Source: Bugula neritina (taxonomy: Eukaryota; Animalia; Bryozoa). Taken from it: 64,000 nt of DNA. The notes under the pieces are model-generated. The model had not been told where the DNA came from and ran no database searches. It was given only the letters and a program-made list of their open reading frames with translations. The translations under genes were made by a program, and so were the position numbers. Positions 57,835-64,000 of the stretch are shown here, one piece after another. Where the stretch lies: positions 1-64,000 of the forward strand of contig OZ037771.1 of NCBI GenBank assembly GCA_964035545.1. The letters are read 5' to 3'. The first letter of the stretch is position 1. Each line of letters starts with the position of its first letter.

Positions 57835-59935
57835 ATGGATGCTGATGTCGAAGCTTTAATCCACTTGAATGATTCATTAAAATATTTACGAAAATTGAAA
57901 GTTTCTATTAGTTCTCTCTTTCAGAATTTAGCTAGTGGTAAGTGAGTAACACTAAGTTAGTGAGTAAGAGTAAGTATTCGTTTGTTTTACTTTTAGTTTT
58001 TTCTTATTTCTTATAGTTATTCATATTGTAATACTAATACTTATACTAACTCAGTTTGAGTAAAATAACTTTAAAGATGTATAACTGCAACAAGAATTAG
58101 GTAAGTAAAATTGAAACTTTGAAACTCAAGATAATTATAATAGTATTTTTAACAGTATGCTTGAATTATTTTTGTCATTAGCCTTAGGACTAGGTGATAA
58201 TGATATTAAAATGTTAAAGGTCCAGCTGAAGGACAAGAAAACAATGTCTATCTTAAGGGTGTTCAGCAAAGACTGGTGGATATGGATACAGCGTTTACCG
58301 ATCTGGAGAATTCAGGAAATATGTTGACATTCGCCAATCCACCCCCTAATAGCTGTAACTCGATGAGTGTTTCAATGGAGCCTGATAAAGACAGCTATGA
58401 AGAAAGTGAAACTATAATACTTTTAAAACTTTGACAATAATATACTAATTATATAGCTACCTACCTTTACCATGCTCTAGCAATGCATATGTTTGTTAAC
58501 ATACAGGTGTTTCACAAACTGCTGAATTCGTACACGTGGAACAAAAGAGTGTTGGAATATTCCAATTGTGTAACTAATTTATTGAAAGAAAATCAGCTGA
58601 AAAGATTTGGGCCATACTCAGGTATATTTAGCATGTAGATCATTACTGTTTTCTTCTAGAAATACACCAATATAGTAATGGCAGATATACTTGTTCCACA
58701 GAATTTGCTCTGGAGATTTTATGAAGAATTTATATGATAACAAGTATTATTCATTTACATTGTATATATTATAATAATAAGGTTCAGTGGCGAAGCGAGC
58801 TAGAAAAAGCACTACAGAGCATCACAATTATCAGCCATCACAAGTGGATTTGTCAATATCTAAGCTCGTCCAGAGTATAGCAGCTAAATATCCAGACACT
58901 AATTTTTCAGTTCAACGTCCCCTTGGTATATCCACTGTACTGACTGTGACCATCGGTATGTATCTCTCTATGTATATCTGTATGTATCTCTGTAACCATC
59001 TGTGTGTATCTCTGTGAGCCATTCTGTTGCTCTGCAATGCTATTAAATGATAAATAAAAACTTCACTTCATTCAACTTTTCTTATTCTTACTCAATCACT
59101 GATATAACTTTAGCAAAGATGTTGAAAGCAGTTATAATATTCCGAGGACTTTTAACTGAAAGAATTATAGTTAAAGGGTTTGGTGAAGAGACCGAAAATG
59201 AAGCGAGTCAAGTGGAAATCTGGAGCGAGTCAAAGGTCAGATATTAATAGCAAGCTACAGTTTCAACTCCTGTATACGTATTGACTCCTGTATACGTGTT
59301 GACTCCTGTATACCTGTTGACTCCTGTATACCTGTTGACTCCTGTATACCTGTTGACTCCTGTATACGTATTGACTCCTGTATACCTGTTGACTCCTGTA
59401 TACCTGTTGACTCCTGTATACCTGTTGACTCCTGTATACTTGTTGACTTTTGTATACTTGTTAACTCCTGTATACCTGTTAACTTCTGTATACCTGTTGA
59501 ATAGTCAGTTACATTGTTATACTATTCTCATATTTCAGTTCCGAGTGTTTCAATTAGTCACTCATTGTGCTCAGGCTGCCATGCTGCATTATCAGTCTCC
59601 TGTATTGCCTGAACTAGCTCTCTACTCATTGGTGGTAAGTTTGCTAGACTGCTTACCTGCCTCTATGTTTCAGTAAATTATAATACAAGTGGTATATAAT
59701 AGACTGCTTACCTGCCTCTATGTTTCAGTAAATTATAATACAAGTGGTCTATAATAGACTGTTCATCTGCCTGTATGTGTTGCAGCATTGGCTACACTCT
59801 TACTCTAACCTCTTTACTGGAGAATGCATGTACTGCCACAAAATTTTGAACAATCTGATGCCCCCAACTGGCAGGGGGTATGAAAAGGTGCCCACACGAT
59901 ACCACCTTCAGTGCTCTTCCTCTCAGGCTAAATAA
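57835..59935 (+). CDS. MED27: Mediator of RNA polymerase II transcription subunit 27 (~313 aa, 7 exons)
   Basis: Exons 57835-57937, 58220(or 58226)-58401, 58507-58621, 58782(or 58788)-58955, 59114-59235, 59539-59634, 59786-59935. Motifs LLNSYTW, QLKR, RPLG..TVLTVT, LKAVIIFRGL..ERIIVKG, IWSESKFRVFQLVT, WLHSYSNLFTGECMYCHKIL, PPT, YHLQC. Intron 2 boundaries are uncertain. Confidence 0.9.
59263..59500. repeat. 18-bp intronic minisatellite (MED27 intron 5)
   Basis: TTGACTCCTGTATACCTG units. Confidence 0.93.
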
Positions 59936-60553
59936 CTGAGTAGCTTACTGCAGTAAATATATACACAAATAATGAATTTTATACACACAGCATACTCATG
60001 TATTTACATTTGCAAAAACTATTATACGTATCAATTTACTTATGTTCTGTATGTAACTTTTTTAATAAAAACAGATAATTTTATTATTAAGCCGAATAAA
60101 ATATTACAAATTATAGCTGAACCGTGTTTCTCAAAAAATGAGATAATATCAACATAAATATTACTTCACAAAATGCATAGAAAATAATTATAAGAATCCA
60201 CGTAATGGTATAACAATGGTATACAATAAAGTATGCAGTCTGCATACAGTCAACAGTAAGTATAAAAGAATTATTGGAAAGCACCAACAGGTCATTAAAC
60301 AAAGGCACAGTTATTCCTCAACATAATACTATAATATAATACAATAATTCTTTATATAGTATAATACAATACAATAATAATATAATATAATACAGTAATA
60401 CTTTTTATAATATAATACAACAATAATATAATATAATACAGCAATACTTTATATAATATAATACAATAATTACAGAATTTAATTCCTATGCTTGTTGTGA
60501 GAAATAGTCATCATGATATTTAGTAAAGAATGTTGAGGGAGAGGAGAGACTTG

Positions 60554-62788
60554 CTAAACATATTCTCCGCTGTCACGTGATGACTGAATGTCAATGTCAT
60601 CATCATGATCATGTGGCAGCTCTGCTATGTCAGCAAACACCCCGGCCAGCTTCTCAAACCCTGTGCCCCAACTGAAGAAATGATCCCAACGAAACACGGG
60701 GGAACGCTTGTTCTTAGAAACTGAGTCTAAATCAGTATCCGAGTTGTTAATAAATCTCTGCAGAGACGTGTCTACATTTCGCAGACCATCCCATGAGAAG
60801 GTGGTGCGATATGCATTAGGATCCCCCATGTCACTTTCGTCTTCCACTTCTTGTAATTTAGTAAACATCATATTTGTGGGTTGATAGTCATTCCTCACCT
60901 GTTCAAATATACAGTTTATACGTGTACACATAGTTTATACGTGTACACATAGTTTATACCTGTAGACATAGTTTATACCTGTAGACATAGTTTATACGTG
61001 TACACATAGTTTATACCTGTAGACATAGTTTATACCTGTAGACATAGTTTATACCTGTACACATAGTTTATACCTGTAGACATAGTTTATACCTGTAGAC
61101 ATAGTTTATACACATAGTTTATAGTTTATACACATATACGACAGTTTATATATACTGTTTACATTAACAATTAAACACATGAACAGAACCGTGCAAATTG
61201 CATGAAGCATATGCTGTGAGACACACAAACTACGTGACGTCAACAGATATAATGCACTTTTACCTCATCCAAGATCTCCCATATATCACACTACCACCAT
61301 TACATTGAAATGTTATATGTGTTAGTCTAATCAACACGATACCAACATGACAGTATAATGTACATATCATTAATAAAAACTTGCTAAACAAAGAGTCTTA
61401 GAAGGAATAAACAAGACACCTTTGGTTCGTCAGCTTCGAATTCGCTGGCTGTAAATGAGTCATTGCTACTTTCATCTGAAGAAGAGTCCCCAGCCTCACT
61501 ATAAATATTCCTTTCCATTGGTTGACGTCTAGTGATGTCATCATCACTATCTATACTACTGGATGCAGATCTGTGTGACAGCCTACAGTACACAGTAATA
61601 TATTACAGTACACAGTAACATATCACAGTACACAGTAATATATTATAGTACACAGTAATATATTACAGTAATATATTACAGTACACAATAATATATTACA
61701 GTACACAGTAATGTATTACAGTATACAGACGGGTTAGAGAGGTCACATATGAGTTAGAGAGGTCACACAGGGGTTAGAGAGGTCACACAGGGGTTAGAGA
61801 GGTCACGCAGAGGTTAGAGAGGTCATACAGGGGTTAGAGAGGCCACATACCTATTCAGATCTTGCTGTCTCTGAGCTGATATGTGACTAATCAGAGGAGC
61901 GGATGGAGTATGACGACCTGCAGCTCTATTCTGTCTGCTAGAAGGTCTGGAGCCAGGTGCCTGGTTGGTCCTGGCATGTGTCCAGTGTGGCTGACGGACA
62001 CTAGATCCGTCTGTAAGGCTTGACTCGCTGTCTCTTCGCTGTTCTAAGGCTATACGTCTAAAGTGTTGAATAACAAGTTAATAAACACTAGTAGAATCTG
62101 TACTGCCGTAGTAGTAGTAGTAGTAGTAGTAGCAGTAGCACTAGTAGCAGTAGTAGTACTAGTAGTAGTAGTAGTACTAGTAGTAGTATTACTAGTACTA
62201 CTACTACTAGTAGTACTAGTATTACTAGTAGTAGTACTAGTAGTACTACTACTAGTACTACTAGTAGTAGTACTACTAATATTAGTAGTAGTACTACTAA
62301 TAGTAGTAGTAGTAGTACTAGTAGTACTACTACTAGTAGTAGTACTAGTAATAGTACTACTACTAGTAGTACTACTACTACTACTATTAGTAGTAGTACT
62401 ACTAGTAGTACTACTAGTAGTAGTAGTACTAGTAGTACTAGTAGTACTACTACTACTAGTACTACTAGTACTACTACTAGTACTAGTAATAGTACTAGTA
62501 GTAGTAGTACAGATTACACTTACTTATTCAACTCATCTATAGGAGTCTGTCGAAGGCAGCGTTGCTGAAGCTGACTTATAGGTGTTTCCTGTCTGTTGGC
62601 ATCATAGCCACTATTCACAACTAAAGGACTTTGTCTGATTGCAGGGGACGGCATGGCAAAGCCCGGTGTCTGTGGACTATCTTTTGCTACGTGAGGTTTT
62701 GGACTAAGTCTTAGTTGAAGTTTAGAGGTTTCTTGTCTCATGTGTTTTGGTATCATTTGCATTTCTATGTTATCTCCCTTTCTATATC
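60554..62788 (-). CDS. FAT4: Fat/FAT4-type atypical cadherin, cytoplasmic tail (last 4 exons; gene continues beyond window)
   Basis: Exons 62788-62524, 62057-61851, 61582-61420, 60898-60554 join in frame. SFTASEFE, FRWDHFFSWGTGFEKLAGVFADIAELP and C-terminal EYV match conserved Fat/FAT4 intracellular motifs. Confidence 0.85.
60911..61125. repeat. 19-bp minisatellite with sense CAG|GTA (last Fat intron)
   Basis: CATAGTTTATACCTGTAGA units. Confidence 0.92.
61584..61850. repeat. Two 20-bp minisatellites filling one Fat intron
   Basis: TACAGTACACAGTAATATAT (61584-61728) abuts the acceptor; GGGTTAGAGAGGTCACACAG (61731-61850) abuts the donor. Confidence 0.9.
62108..62510. repeat. (TAG/TAC)n degenerate microsatellite (Fat intron)
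   Basis: GTA/CTA triplet mosaic. Confidence 0.93.
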
Positions 62789-62811
62789 CTGTAAAAGTAG
62801 CATAGGGGTAA

Positions 62812-64000
62812 TATAACAATAGCATATTGTATATTACATTATATACACATTACTATAACAGTAGCATATTGTATATTACATTATATACACATTACTATAA
62901 CAGTAGCATATTCTATATTACATTATATACACATTACTATAATAATGGCATATTATATATTATATTATATACACATTACTATAACAGTAGCATATTATAT
63001 ATTACATTATATACACATTACTATAACAGTAGCATATTATATATTACATTATATACACATTACTATAATAATGGCATATTATATATTATATTATATACAC
63101 ATTACTATAACAGTAGCATATTATATATTACATTATATACACATTACTATAACAGTAGCATATTATATATTATATTATATACACATTACTATAACAGTAG
63201 CATATTATATATTACATTATATACACATTACTATAATAATGGCATATTATATATTACATTATATACACATTACTATAACAGTAGCATATTATATATTACA
63301 TTATATACACATTACTATAATAATGGCATATTATATATTACATTATATACACATTACTATAATAATGGCATATTATATATTACATTATATACACATTACT
63401 ATAACAGTAGCATATTATATATTACATTATATACACATTACTATAACAGTAGCATATTATATATTACATTATATACACATTACTATAACAGTAGCATATT
63501 GTATATTACATTATATACACAATACTATAACAGTAGCATATTGTATATTACATTATATACACATTACTATAACAATAGCATATTATATATTACATTATAT
63601 ACACATTACTATAATAATGGCATATTATATATTACATTATATACACATTACTATAACAATAGCATATTATATATTACATTATATACACATTACTATAATA
63701 ATGGCATATTATATATTACATTATATACACATTACTATAACAGTAGCATATTATATATTACATTATATACACAATACTATAACAGTAGCATATTGTATAT
63801 TACATTATATACACATTACTATAACAATAGCATATTATATATTACATTATATACACATTACTATAACAATAGCATATTATATATTACATTATATACACAT
63901 TACTATAACAGTAGCATATTATATATTATATTATATACACATTACTATAACAGTAGCATATTATATATTACATTATATACACATTACTATAATAATGGCA
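62812..64000. repeat. 42-bp intronic minisatellite (Fat), runs off the window
   Basis: AGCATATTATATATTACATTATATACACATTACTATAACAGT units. Confidence 0.96.

Overview
Left end of an AT-rich metazoan chromosome. Bases 1-11090 are a telomeric tract of the non-canonical heptamer (CCCCAAA)n / (TTTGGGG)n. From memory this motif has been reported for cheilostome bryozoans; that taxon assignment is unverified. The tract joins abruptly to a ~21 kb subtelomeric block (11.7-33.3 kb) built from tandem and inverted duplications. This block carries repeated AG...GT-bounded exon-like modules without conserved ORFs and an identical 18-bp CRE/E-box-like motif at each outer end, suggesting two convergent spliced lncRNA units around a (GACTAA)n centre. 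Five intron-containing protein genes follow: a GPI-type alkaline phosphatase (-), ACOT9 (-), GRTP1/TBC1D6 (-), MED27 (+) and the 3' end of a Fat/FAT4 cadherin (-). Most introns carry their own minisatellite, and several repeat units copy the splice junction, giving introns made of consecutive GT...AG blocks. The window also holds a decayed Tc1 transposon, a V-domain SINE with an 18-bp TSD, MITE-like elements, one GC-AG intron and a candidate GA-AG intron. All gene models were built by hand from splice signals, frame continuity and remembered family motifs; no database search was run.
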